64,000 nucleotides of DNA from an uncultured Desulfatitalea sp. (GCA_963668675.2 CAXXMB010000002.1:3008001-3072000), one strand, 5' to 3'. Numbered from the stretch's first letter, positions 18,438 through 28,538 are shown. Notes: a model not told the origin generated them from the letters alone. Numbers and translations are program-made.

Positions 18438-19583
18438 TCAGATGCCGCTTTGTGCGGCTCTCACATCGTTTATCTCCCTGACTTTGGTTGGGTGCTGACG
18501 AATGAACGCTTCGATCAGTCGGTAGGCCTCATCATCCGTGACCTGGCGGGGCGGATGCTTGCAAAAGTAGGCCGATGGACCTTCGAGAACACCCCCTTCA
18601 CCGCGGTCCAGACCGATTTTGGCACACCGGATGGCATCGATGGTGACACCGGCCGAGTTGGGTGAATCTTCAACCGAGAGCCGCAGCTCAAGGTTCATGG
18701 GGATATCGCCAAAGAGGCGGCCCTCCATCCGTATGAAACAGACCTTGTTGTCCTTTTGCCAGGCAACATAGTCGCTGGGTCCGACATGGATATTTTCATC
18801 TGGCAGGCGCTTGGCCGCCACAGACTGGACCGCCTCGGTCTTTGAACGCTTTTTGGAGGAGAGGCGGGCTTGGTTGAGCATGTTCAAAAAGTCGGTGTTG
18901 CCTCCGGTGTTGAGTTGGTAGGTCCTTTCAAGCTTTACACCCCGCTTTTTAAACAGGTCGGTCAGAACCCGGTGCGTGATGGTCGCCCCAAGCTGCGATT
19001 TGATATCGTCACCGATGATGGGCAGACCCTTCTCTTTGAAGCGGTCGGCCCACTGGTCGTCGCTGGCAATAAATACCGGGATGTTGTTGATAAAGGCGAC
19101 GCCAGCTTCCAGGGCGCATTCGGCATAGAATCGGCTGGCCAGTTCCGAGCCGACCGGCAGGTAGTTGAGCAGGATGTCGGCACCGCTCGCCGTCAGCGTT
19201 GCAACGACGTCGGCTTGATTCGGTTGGGGTAGATCGGCAGCAAGAAAGGTCCGCTGAACGTCATAGTCGTCCATGTGCTCGGAGATGCCGTCTATAATTG
19301 GCCCCATCTTTACAGTGACGCCGGTGGGCGGCACCTCTTCGCAGAAGATGGTGGTGCAGTTGGGTGGAGCGAAAATGGCCTCGGCCACATCCTTGCCCAC
19401 TTTACGCTGATCCACATCGAAGGCCGCCACAACTTCGATATCCCGGGGGGTGTATCCACCCATTTCCCAGTGCATGAGTCCGATGGCCTCCTCGCGAGAC
19501 TTCTCTTTGTAATAGGTAAGCCCTTGCACCAGAGCGCTACTGCAATTGCCAACGCCGACGATGGCAATCTTGATTTTCCGCAT
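18438..19583 (-). CDS. ino1: Myo-inositol-1-phosphate synthase
   Basis: IAIVGVGNC, NYLPVGS, GDDIKSQLGAT, QLNTGGNTDFLNM and EDSPNSAG motifs. AAGGAG SD before the ATG at 19583. Confidence 0.93.
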   Translation of the reverse strand: MRKIKIAIVGVGNCSSALVQGLTYYKEKSREEAIGLMHWEMGGYTPRDIEVVAAFDVDQRKVGKDVAEAIFAPPNCTTIFCEEVPPTGVTVKMGPIIDGISEHMDDYDVQRTFLAADLPQPNQADVVATLTASGADILLNYLPVGSELASRFYAECALEAGVAFINNIPVFIASDDQWADRFKEKGLPIIGDDIKSQLGATITHRVLTDLFKKRGVKLERTYQLNTGGNTDFLNMLNQARLSSKKRSKTEAVQSVAAKRLPDENIHVGPSDYVAWQKDNKVCFIRMEGRLFGDIPMNLELRLSVEDSPNSAGVTIDAIRCAKIGLDRGEGGVLEGPSAYFCKHPPRQVTDDEAYRLIEAFIRQHPTKVREINDVRAAQSGI

Positions 19584-19743
19584 AATCTTCTCCTTCAACC
19601 TGCCGTTCGAATCGGCAGACGATATTCACTCGAAACGGTCTGCGCTGCATTTACCTGCGAAGCGGTACTGAGAGTCTACTCAATATTGAACAGCTTGCGC
19701 TGAATTGCAATAGAGCGACTGTACACAAATGGAGGCGTTCGCC

Positions 19744-20403
19744 TTAAGCCGGGCTGGAAAAGCGGCGAATGTATAAAATCCTCTGGATCAGAGTGGTCAA
19801 TACAAGGGCGTTGTAAAGAACCAGTCCCATCCACATGATGGCCGGGCGTCCACCGGGGACGCAAACGATGAGGCCGGCCCAGGAGATGAGGTAGACCGTT
19901 CGGGCCGTGCGGCCCAGGATGCCGTCCGGGCATCGCATACCTGCCAGGGCGGAGCGTATGCCGATATAGCTTACCACCTGAGTCAGGCCGATGGCGCTCA
20001 GGGTCAACACGGTTGCCGGAAGCCATAGCCGGCTGCCCCAGAACAGCACCCAGAAGCCAACAAGATAGAGAAAGTCGGCCACGCGATCCAGGCTGTCATC
20101 CAGAAACGCTCCGAAAGCGGTGGCCTGGTTTCTCTTTCGGGCGACCAGACCGTCCAGGGAGTCGGCCATGGCCGAAAAGACCAGGAACAAAAGAGCGACA
20201 AAGGGATGGACTGCAAAGCCCAGCGGTACAACCGCTGCACAGAGCACACCAATGAGACTGATCTGATTGGGGGACAGCCCCGCCTTTTCAACATGTCCCA
20301 ACAGATGCCGCGTCAGGAAACGATAGTAGCTCGTCGCCATCGATCCGTTGCGCAGCGATGGTCTATCCCCACCTGTTGGATTGCCGTTTTTGCCATTTTT
20401 CAT
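19744..20403 (-). CDS. CDP-alcohol phosphatidyltransferase family protein
   Basis: SPNQIS and the signature DSLDGLVAR-x7-FGAFLDDSLDRVAD, multiple TM segments. Start uncertain. Confidence 0.87.
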   Translation of the reverse strand: MKNGKNGNPTGGDRPSLRNGSMATSYYRFLTRHLLGHVEKAGLSPNQISLIGVLCAAVVPLGFAVHPFVALLFLVFSAMADSLDGLVARKRNQATAFGAFLDDSLDRVADFLYLVGFWVLFWGSRLWLPATVLTLSAIGLTQVVSYIGIRSALAGMRCPDGILGRTARTVYLISWAGLIVCVPGGRPAIMWMGLVLYNALVLTTLIQRILYIRRFSSPA

Positions 20404-20562
20404 ATCGAATATCCGTTTCAGCTCGTTTTGCCGGTCCGGCTTATCATAAAGCAGCTTGCGCTTCAATCCTGTCAACGGCACCGGGTTTTTTCTCATCTGT
20501 GATGCAGCTACGGTTTGATCGTAACGGTTCGGCGGTGTGTCGGGAAATGAGAGGGGCGTTAG

Positions 20563-20593
20563 GGCTAAAGTATTGCACCGATTCAACCGATGA
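20563..20593 (+). promoter_or_regulatory. Putative sigma-28 (FliA)-type promoter
   Basis: GGCTAAAG (20563-20570) and ACCGATGA (20586-20593). Same -35 octamer and same spacing as 15863-15893. Confidence 0.5.
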
Positions 20594-20681
20594 TACGATT
20601 AGAAGCAATATCGGCAGCATCTCCGCAAGGCGATGGGGATAGGTTCAACCTACGCTTTGACGGATCAGGAGGTGAGTCGTT

Positions 20682-20933
20682 ATGGTTGACATTATTGTGG
20701 GTACCGTTTCACCGGTGCATAATCAGGCAGGCAAAAGGGATGACCGGGGACGATCGGACCCTTCCAAAAAGGGAAAACAGCGCGAACGTCGTCAAAACCG
20801 GAGCGATCGGCGCCGGAGTGTAAGGGACGGTATTGTGGTGACGCTCTCTACCGAGTCGAATCGGCGCAGGACACCCGACCGGCGAAAAGGGGGCAGCGCC
20901 GCCTATCCTCCGGGTTGGGTCGCCAGGGGATGA
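20682..20933 (+). CDS. Small Arg-rich protein, 83 aa, with repeated ERR/DRR motifs
   Basis: Perfect AGGAGGT SD 8 nt before the ATG. It fills the gap between two minus-strand genes. Confidence 0.72.
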   Translation: MVDIIVGTVSPVHNQAGKRDDRGRSDPSKKGKQRERRQNRSDRRRSVRDGIVVTLSTESNRRRTPDRRKGGSAAYPPGWVARG

Positions 20934-20989
20934 TTTTTTCGAGGGTGACACGGTTGGCTTGACAGGTGTGTGGCGCATTTTCTTTTCTG

Positions 20990-23900
20990 TCAATTCCTCA
21001 GTCGTGCCGACAGCATGCGCAGATGCATGCGTTCGGCGCGCATGCAAAAGGCTTCGAGCTTGGCATGAATCAGCTGGGGAAAGGGCGAGCCATCACTCTC
21101 GATGGCGAGAAAGGGGAGGTCGTGCACATCGGTCAGTGTGACTTTGAGCTCATGGTTTCTCGGCTCGGCGGCCAGTTTGTCGGCACCCTTCATGGCCTCG
21201 TTCAATAGCGATTCCGCCAGCCGGTTGGGCATGCATCCAAAGGGGCCGATGGCGATGACGCCGCACGAGACGGTGGCCACCTCTTTCAGTGAGCTTCCCA
21301 CGGTGAGAATCGCCTCGCCGGCCAGATGGGGGGAGATGTAGGGTTTGGCGATCTCCATGATGTCATCAATATGCGCCGTATGGGCCGACACCAGGCCCGA
21401 AGAGGAGAGAATGGCTCTGATGCGATGTTCATCCTTGTGCATGAAGTGCTGCTTGATGCGGGCGTTGATTTTGTTGCGCCATCCCTCAGGGGCCTGATCG
21501 GTGTACCCTTTGTTGACCAAGTAGTTGGAGTAGTGCACCCATTCGGCCACCGGAGCGCATACTGTGGCAAAACCGTTGGCGGCAAGTTGTTCGTTCAGGT
21601 ATTGTCTCGAAAGGCCGTCTCGGCGAACAAAGATCTCTCCCATCAGAGAGATGATGGGAACCTCGGCAGCCGGTCTTTTCAAAGGAATTTGAGCCAGTTT
21701 TTCGGCCACATGCACCAGCGTGCGCTCCAGCGCTTCGAAACGTCCGGTGCCGAGCGCATGCAACACTTTGTGGAATTGGTGACGGAACTCCTTCATGGCT
21801 GTTTCTGCGGAGCACGCATTGGCCAGCAGCATGGACCGGATATCTTCGAAGATATCGGAGAGCACAATCGCCCACCAGCTCTTGCGGTGGAGCGATGTGG
21901 GTAGCCCTTCGTAGCCATCTTCCGAAGAGAGGGAGAACATGGCAACATTGGGGATCTTGAGTTTGCGTACCAGATCCTCCATGAAGATGTAGTACTGCCC
22001 GAAGCGGCAAGGCCCTGATCCTGTGGGCATGAAGTAGAGCACCACCTCGTCCGGTCGTTTATGATGCTGCAGGTAGTTGAGCAGGGTTCCGGTCGTCAGG
22101 ATCAGCGGCAGGCACTCTTTGCAGGTGGTGTTGCCGCGTCCCAGCTTGAGGATGGCATCGTTGCTCGGTTCGTGGGCGTAGACGTTAAAACCACTGCCGC
22201 CAAAGACGGCCGCGACGGCCTGTGCGGCCAGGTCTCCCATGGAGGGGAAGAGCAGGGTCACCCTTGGATCGGTGTAGGGCAGTGTTTTTCCGTCGGAGTC
22301 GATGACACTGAAAACCTCCTCGCTGACGATGGTTCGCGCCGGTCGATACCCTTCGGCATTGTCCGTTGGGCCGCCCGACCCCTTTTCCAGTTGGCGGTAG
22401 GCGTGCACGATGTCGAGAAAGGCTTCGATTCGCGTCTCCAGACCGGCATCGGCGGTATGGCTGTCCAATTCCAGGGTCAACGAGGGCTTGCGCCCCATCA
22501 GGTCCCGGAAGTAGCCGACCAGAAATGAGTCGGGACCGCAGGAGAAGTTGGTAATATAGGTGGCAAACAGCTTGGGATGGGATTTGACCAGGCGTGCTGC
22601 AGCCATGATGCGCTGCCCCATACCCCAGTACATGTGGCGTTTGGTGGGTTGATTTTCCAGTCGCAGAAAATCGAGGGGCAACACCATGATCCCGCGACTG
22701 GCGAATTTATGGGGGATGCCCTTGTGGGCCTCTTCCACGAACCCGTTGTAGGGACGGGCAAAGAGGACCACCGCTATCTGCTCCGGATGCCCCTCCAGAT
22801 CTGCCAGGGCTTGCCGGCCGATCTCCTCCATCTCCTCCTGACAGGCCTGCATGACAGCCAGCGCATGCTTGAACGCCTTTTCGGCTCTCTTTTTGGAGAC
22901 GCCCATGCTGACCGCTGTTGCCACCAGCGGCTTGCGGGCGGCTGCCAAGCCCTCCGTCAAATCGATCAGAGGGCTGAAGATACGCGTGCCGCGGGCCTTG
23001 AGGCGGTCAAGGGGCTGCCGGAAGGTCGACTGCAGGTAAAAGGTCTCTCCCTGTACAAGGGGGCACACCTGGGAGTTGTGATCTCCGTTGAGTGCCGGCA
23101 CCGATTTGAAGTGGGGCAGAAAGATCGCCTCAAGCGGCCTCTCTTCGCCAATCAGGTTATGGAAGAATCCATGGGCCAGTTCGACCGGGTAGCAAAAGGG
23201 GGCGTTGCGCTGATCGATGCCCTCTGCATCGGCCGTGTTGGGCAGCACCGGTGCGAAGCCCAATCGACTGAAGAAGTGTCCATAGAGGGGGTAGTAGGTA
23301 TTGACCAGGAAGCTGCGGTTCAATCCGATCCGCCCCCGGTACTCCGGCGATCCCGGATCGGGTGGCACTGGTGCGTACTTGCCGAAGACGAGTTGCTGTC
23401 GGATGCGCACCAGGTCGAGCTTGGCCACATCGAAGCGTTGGTTGCGGCGCAGGTTGTCGTAGCGGTTGCAGGCGCCTCCGAAAGGATAGACCTCGCCTTC
23501 GATGGTGATGCGGGCAATCTCGCACCGGCGGTCGCACTTTTCAGCGCCACCCTTGCATATGAAGGGTTTGCCGTACTGGGCGTCGCGATTGACCAGAGCG
23601 GCCAAATCGAAATGGCCGGGCTGCATCAACCCGTTGGCGATCCGTTTCTGAACCTCGAGGGCAGCGCCAAAGGCGCCCATCAGGCCGGGTTCGGGAGGCA
23701 CGATGATCGGTTTGCCGGTCAGTGCCGCCATGGCCAGGGGAACGGCCTGGTTGTAGCACACGCCGCCCTGCATGAAGATCTTCTTGCCCATGGGGCGATT
23801 GCCCTTGACCCGGTTGTTGTAGTTCATGCAGATCGAGTAGACCAGGCCGGCCAGAATCTCTTCGTGCGCAATCCCGTCATGGATCGCATTCTTGATATCC

Positions 23901-25369
23901 GAGGAGATGAAAGCGGCACACTGGTCGTTGAAGTTGGGCGGCTGGGCGGCGTTGAGCGCCACTCCCGCGATTTTTTCCATGGGCACACCCAGCGTCTCCA
24001 GGGCCGACTCCTCCAGAAACGACCCTGTTCCGGCCGAGCACGCCTCATTCATGGCATAATCGGATGGCACGCCGTTGGTGATGTACGTGTATTTGGCGTC
24101 CTGGCCGCCAATTTCAAAAATGGTGTCCACATCCCGGTCAAAATAGACCGAAGCGGTGGCGTGGGCGATGATTTCGTTGATGACGCCGTCGGTCAAGGCA
24201 TGCAGCCCGGCAATTTGACGTCCCGAACCGCAGACGCCAAGCCCCACAACGCTGATTTGGTCGGGGTCGACCTGCTCGCGGATCTCCTCCAGAATGGCCT
24301 GGTAGCACTTGCGCGAAGCCCCCACCGGATCGCCGCTGGTGCGCAGGTAGATGGAGGCCAGCAGTGCATGGTCCTCCCGGCGCAAGAGAACGGCTTTGGT
24401 GGTAGTTGAACCAACGTCCAGCCCCAGCAGACAAACGTCTCCGGCCTGTGCTACGCCCCGCGCCATGGTCTTGAACGTCACCTGGCTGCGTACCTTTTCA
24501 AGCGGCGGAAGAAGGTCGAAGCGGCTTTGCTGGCTGACGAAGAGTCGATCCATGCCCGGGAAGGGTTGCGGGGTGTTCTCCAATGACCAGAGCGCGGCCC
24601 CCAGCGCTTCGAAATAGGGCGCTTCGGTCGGAATGATCAGCCCTGGGATCGCCTCGCGCAGGTAGCGCACCATCATCTGATTGCGGGCGGTTCCCCCGAC
24701 GAGCATCAGATCCCGGCGGTCCACTTTTTTCAACAGCTCAAGCACCTTGTTGGCCATCATCTGGCCGAGTCCGGCGGTAACGCGCGCTTTGGGGATCCCC
24801 TTGTTGGTGGCGTGGGTGCAGTCCGATTTGCAAAAGACCGAGCAGCGTCCCGAAACGTGGTATGGCTCAGTCGTTTCGGCCCACTGGCCCGCCTCCTCCA
24901 GGGTGACGTCCATCCGCCGCAGCTGCTGCAGGAAAAACTCGCCCGTACCGGCTGCGCACTTGTTGCCGGTGAGGACATTGGTGATGCGGCCCGTGGGATC
25001 GAGCTGGTAGACCATGAAGGTTTCACCACCGGCCGAGATCACCGCAGGGCATTGGGTGCCGTCGGGTTTGAGATGGCCATAAGCGTACTCCACGGCTTCC
25101 GGTTCGGGGATGGATGACATATTGAGAAACTGGCGGAACTTTCGTCCTGTGGCAGCCACCCGGTCGATTTCGCTCCAATCCACATCTTTTAATGATGCCA
25201 GCAGCGCCGCTTTCGGGTTGCCGTCGTGGGGCAGGACCTTATGGTCCATGACAAAAGGCTTCTCCTCCTTGCGTTTGTTGCGATCTGTCGCCGGGTTCAG
25301 CCGAACACGAACCAGGGAGACCGAAGATGCGCCCATGCATAAGCCCAAGGAAGTGATTGTTTTTCCCAT
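20990..25369 (-). CDS. CoA-substrate-specific enzyme activase (two BadF/HgdC-type ATPase domains plus dehydratase-like domains)
   Basis: KCAAGTGEF, CSVFCKSD, GLDVGSTTTK, EIGGQDAK, NEACSAGTGSF, FSCGPD, GPCRFGQY and PFGCMP motifs. Confidence 0.9.
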   Translation of the reverse strand: MGKTITSLGLCMGASSVSLVRVRLNPATDRNKRKEEKPFVMDHKVLPHDGNPKAALLASLKDVDWSEIDRVAATGRKFRQFLNMSSIPEPEAVEYAYGHLKPDGTQCPAVISAGGETFMVYQLDPTGRITNVLTGNKCAAGTGEFFLQQLRRMDVTLEEAGQWAETTEPYHVSGRCSVFCKSDCTHATNKGIPKARVTAGLGQMMANKVLELLKKVDRRDLMLVGGTARNQMMVRYLREAIPGLIIPTEAPYFEALGAALWSLENTPQPFPGMDRLFVSQQSRFDLLPPLEKVRSQVTFKTMARGVAQAGDVCLLGLDVGSTTTKAVLLRREDHALLASIYLRTSGDPVGASRKCYQAILEEIREQVDPDQISVVGLGVCGSGRQIAGLHALTDGVINEIIAHATASVYFDRDVDTIFEIGGQDAKYTYITNGVPSDYAMNEACSAGTGSFLEESALETLGVPMEKIAGVALNAAQPPNFNDQCAAFISSDIKNAIHDGIAHEEILAGLVYSICMNYNNRVKGNRPMGKKIFMQGGVCYNQAVPLAMAALTGKPIIVPPEPGLMGAFGAALEVQKRIANGLMQPGHFDLAALVNRDAQYGKPFICKGGAEKCDRRCEIARITIEGEVYPFGGACNRYDNLRRNQRFDVAKLDLVRIRQQLVFGKYAPVPPDPGSPEYRGRIGLNRSFLVNTYYPLYGHFFSRLGFAPVLPNTADAEGIDQRNAPFCYPVELAHGFFHNLIGEERPLEAIFLPHFKSVPALNGDHNSQVCPLVQGETFYLQSTFRQPLDRLKARGTRIFSPLIDLTEGLAAARKPLVATAVSMGVSKKRAEKAFKHALAVMQACQEEMEEIGRQALADLEGHPEQIAVVLFARPYNGFVEEAHKGIPHKFASRGIMVLPLDFLRLENQPTKRHMYWGMGQRIMAAARLVKSHPKLFATYITNFSCGPDSFLVGYFRDLMGRKPSLTLELDSHTADAGLETRIEAFLDIVHAYRQLEKGSGGPTDNAEGYRPARTIVSEEVFSVIDSDGKTLPYTDPRVTLLFPSMGDLAAQAVAAVFGGSGFNVYAHEPSNDAILKLGRGNTTCKECLPLILTTGTLLNYLQHHKRPDEVVLYFMPTGSGPCRFGQYYIFMEDLVRKLKIPNVAMFSLSSEDGYEGLPTSLHRKSWWAIVLSDIFEDIRSMLLANACSAETAMKEFRHQFHKVLHALGTGRFEALERTLVHVAEKLAQIPLKRPAAEVPIISLMGEIFVRRDGLSRQYLNEQLAANGFATVCAPVAEWVHYSNYLVNKGYTDQAPEGWRNKINARIKQHFMHKDEHRIRAILSSSGLVSAHTAHIDDIMEIAKPYISPHLAGEAILTVGSSLKEVATVSCGVIAIGPFGCMPNRLAESLLNEAMKGADKLAAEPRNHELKVTLTDVHDLPFLAIESDGSPFPQLIHAKLEAFCMRAERMHLRMLSARLRN

Positions 25370-25981
25370 ATCAGACCTCCGGCCGAAACCGACGGGGGGA
25401 GTTGTTCTCGCGCTGCGGGAGCGAAGCGTTCATTTTGATATTATCACGTGATCCATTGGGGCAGTGCAAGATTTCGTTTTTGGTATTGTTAATGGATCAA
25501 TTGCTCAGCCTAACGTGGCAGGGAGGAAGTCTCCGATGTTGGTGATCGTTTCCCCAGGCGAATTGAATCGTCAGAGGCGACGGCCGGCATCTCTTCGCAA
25601 AACCGCTCTTCCTCCCTATCAGGAATAACCGGTTTTCAACGGAAACAACCATATATTTTGCACCATAAGCGGATCTGGTCAAGACCTTTGAATGGATATG
25701 GGGACTTCTTTTGTCGAAATGCCTTCACGTTTTGATGCTTTGCTTTTCGGTATGCTTTTTCATATGGTACAAAAAGTCGAAGCTGGAATTGGAACGTTTA
25801 GCGTGGCGGTATGCTGTCGATTCTATACGCTATGGCGTTTTTACATCTTTTTTATGGGTGTTTTTTTTTAAAGAGCTCAACCTTCGGGTTTAAGATGGCC
25901 GGACCGCCCACTGGGCACGCCTCTGCATGTCGGTTTTCGAAACCCGAAAGTTGAGTCGAGCGGTCAAGAGGGCAACGTGTT

Positions 25982-27013
25982 ATGAAAGCGATGGTGTTGA
26001 ACCGGGTCGTCGATTTGCTGAAGAGCGATACGCCGCTCGTGATGGTGGATCTTCCCGAGCCGCAGATTACGGGGAAGGAGATCTTGATCGAAGTTACGGC
26101 TTGCGGGGTGTGTCATACCGAGTTGGATGAGATCGAAGGGCGCACGCCGCCGCCACACTTCCCCATGGTTTTGGGCCACCAGGTCGTAGGGCGGGTCGCG
26201 GCTGTGGGGCCGCTGGTTCGCCAACGCAAGGTCGGCGAAAGGGTCGGCGTTGCCTGGATCTTTTCAGCCTGTGGCCATTGTGACGATTGCCGCAGCGGAG
26301 ATGAGAATCTGTGTGACCAGTTTCGGGCAACGGGTAGGGATGCAAATGGCGGCTACGCCGAGCTTATGAAGGTGCATGAAGCGTTCGCCTATCCGCTGCC
26401 CGATGGCTTGAGCGATATTCATTCGGCACCCTTGCTGTGTGCCGGTGCCATCGGATATCGCTCGTTGCGATTGAGTGGTCTGGCCAACGGTCAGCGGCTT
26501 GGGTTGACTGGATTCGGCGCCTCCGCCCACCTGGTTCTAAAACTGGTTCGCTATCTCTATCCGGAGAGTCGGGTCTATGTCTTCGCCCGCAGCGTCCGTG
26601 AGCGGGAATTCGCCCTCGATTTGGGCGCTGTCTGGTCCGGCCACACCGACGACACGCCGCCGGAATCGCTGCATGCCGTGATCGATACGACGCCGGCCTG
26701 GAAACCGGTGGTGGCAGCCCTGGCACATCTGGTGCCCGGGGGACGGCTGGTGATCAATGCCATTCGCAAGGAGGCTGGGGATCGTGAGGCGCTGCTCTCC
26801 ATCGACTACGAACACCACCTGTGGCAGGAGAAGGAGATTAAAAGCGTGGCCAATGTCGCCCGGCGGGATGTGAGCGAGTTTCTGGAGCTGGCAGCCCGCA
26901 TCCCCATTGTGCCCGAGGTGCAGGCCTTCTCCCTTGCCGAGGCCAATCGAGCCTTGATGGAACTCAAGCAGCGCAAGATTCGAGGAGCGAAAGTGTTGTT
27001 GATGAAGCGTTGA
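25982..27013 (+). CDS. Zinc-dependent alcohol dehydrogenase family protein
   Basis: CGVCHTE, LGHQVVG, structural Zn motif CGHCDDC-x7-C, APLLCAG and GFGASA. Confidence 0.92.
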   Translation: MKAMVLNRVVDLLKSDTPLVMVDLPEPQITGKEILIEVTACGVCHTELDEIEGRTPPPHFPMVLGHQVVGRVAAVGPLVRQRKVGERVGVAWIFSACGHCDDCRSGDENLCDQFRATGRDANGGYAELMKVHEAFAYPLPDGLSDIHSAPLLCAGAIGYRSLRLSGLANGQRLGLTGFGASAHLVLKLVRYLYPESRVYVFARSVREREFALDLGAVWSGHTDDTPPESLHAVIDTTPAWKPVVAALAHLVPGGRLVINAIRKEAGDREALLSIDYEHHLWQEKEIKSVANVARRDVSEFLELAARIPIVPEVQAFSLAEANRALMELKQRKIRGAKVLLMKR

Positions 27014-27014
27014 T

Positions 27015-28274
27015 TTATGTTGGTTTAGTTTCACTATCCATGCCGGCCGCACGCATTTCTATTGCCGTCTGGATATCTTTGAGTTGGCCGCTGACAATCG
27101 AGCAGACCCAGAAAAAGGCGAATCCCAGGACACCGGTCGCCAGGTAGGCGAAACCGAGCAACAGGGCGATGGGAATGGCGTTGGAACCGATGGATGCGGG
27201 GCCATCCATGTTGGCCTGCACATCGTGGAGGGTCGTCCAGGAGAGAACGGCCCCCACCAGGCCCGCTACCAAAATGAGCCAGGCCACCGTGGGCAGCAAG
27301 CGCATCAGGCCCCTGCCTGGCTGCTGGCTTGCGGTGTTAGCGATGTAAGCCGGCAACTCCGGTCGCTCTTCGCGAGATGTTTCGACGGCCGGGGCGGGTG
27401 CCTCTTTTTTGGTTGCTTGTGCCTCATCGCCCGAAGCGTATGATTCTGCTTCGACCTTGAGGGCTGCGACCGGCTCTTTGACCGTATTGTCAGAGCCGGT
27501 ATCGGTCGGGAACGTTTTCTCTATTTCACGCGACGGGGCTGCAACCGCTTTTTTATCACTCTCACGCGCCACCCCAGGCGGGCGCTCTGCTGTTGATGGC
27601 GCCACCTCTTTTTCCCGGGCGGCTTGGGCCACGCTGACAGCCGCCGCTTGGGCAGCGGCTGGTGCTTTTTCAGGCGGGGATGAATGCGACGGATGGGTAT
27701 CATCTGCGAGGTCGTCACCGGGCGGACGCTGGGCAAGGGAATCGGAGAGCGATACGCTTTGATCGGTGCCCCGGCCGGAGTGCCCCGGGCTCTTTTCGTC
27801 GTTCATCTCTTTGGCGCCCATTTGCGGTCGCACCACTCCGAACATCGTAAGGGCGCCGCCCTTAAATGCATCGAGATCTGCAGTGGGATCTTTGACCCGG
27901 ATGGCCGCCTCGGACATGGTCAGGTCATCCGGTACGTTCTTTCCAGACACCTTCTGGCGTTTCCAGGCCTCCTGGCGTTGTCGTACACCATCTGCCGCAA
28001 AGACTCGCGCCCGCTGCAAGGTTTGCTCCCTCTGTTCGTCACTCTGGTCTGCCTCCATCTGTTTTCTCAGCCGCATCTCCACGCGCTCGCGGGCGCGCTT
28101 CAGTGTCTCTTCATTGAGAGGGCTGGGTTTTTTGATAGGGGCGGCGGCCATGGGTTTGAACGAAGTGTTGGAACCGGTCTTGGAGTAGACCACGCCACAG
28201 GCGGGGCATTCGGTCGCCGGGGCAAATCTGTTGTCGCTGGCTTGACGCACGTATCCGCATTTTGGGCATTTCAT
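27015..28274 (-). CDS. Zinc-ribbon membrane protein of unknown function
   Basis: MKCPKCG...ECPACGVVY, a long low-complexity linker and two C-terminal TM helices. Confidence 0.78.
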   Translation of the reverse strand: MKCPKCGYVRQASDNRFAPATECPACGVVYSKTGSNTSFKPMAAAPIKKPSPLNEETLKRARERVEMRLRKQMEADQSDEQREQTLQRARVFAADGVRQRQEAWKRQKVSGKNVPDDLTMSEAAIRVKDPTADLDAFKGGALTMFGVVRPQMGAKEMNDEKSPGHSGRGTDQSVSLSDSLAQRPPGDDLADDTHPSHSSPPEKAPAAAQAAAVSVAQAAREKEVAPSTAERPPGVARESDKKAVAAPSREIEKTFPTDTGSDNTVKEPVAALKVEAESYASGDEAQATKKEAPAPAVETSREERPELPAYIANTASQQPGRGLMRLLPTVAWLILVAGLVGAVLSWTTLHDVQANMDGPASIGSNAIPIALLLGFAYLATGVLGFAFFWVCSIVSGQLKDIQTAIEMRAAGMDSETKPT

Positions 28275-28318
28275 ATCCGGCCTCGCTTGGGGTTGTTTTT
28301 GCGTGACAAGTAATAAAA

Positions 28319-28334
28319 TGCAAAATCTGTACCA
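28319..28334 (-). promoter_or_regulatory. Sigma-54 promoter
   Basis: Minus strand reads TGGTACAGATTTTGCA (GG-N10-GC), 45 bp upstream of the ATG at 28274. Confidence 0.65.
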
Positions 28335-28523
28335 TCAATAAAGTATTGAAATCAGGTTTGGAAATCAGCATAGTAGACCCTTCAAGGGCGCGGATCGACC
28401 CGAATTGTCGGCTTCGTGCATCCAGGCGCATAGCGCCAGAGATTTTTTCAAAGTGACAATTAATGGCAAAAAAGCTTAAAAAAATTTAATACCGGAATCA
28501 CCTGAGAGGGGGATTGCCCTCTT

Positions 28524-28538
28524 TGGAACGGCTGATGC
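28524..28538 (+). promoter_or_regulatory. Possible sigma-54 promoter for the LOG-fusion gene
   Basis: TGGAACGGCTGATGC (GG-N10-GC), about 90 bp upstream of the ATG at 28628. Weaker match. Confidence 0.35.

Noticed and set aside
18438..20403. Di-myo-inositol phosphate pathway
   Set aside because: No cytidylyltransferase gene or domain is in the window. It is not excluded if that gene lies elsewhere.
25711..25893. 60-aa hydrophobic ORF in the AT-rich intergenic region
   Set aside because: TTG start, no convincing SD, and the composition is explained by T-rich promoter DNA.
25912..25927. Possible sigma-54 site upstream of the alcohol dehydrogenase (TGGGCACGCCTCTGCA)
   Set aside because: The GGCAC core is out of register with the GC element by one base.
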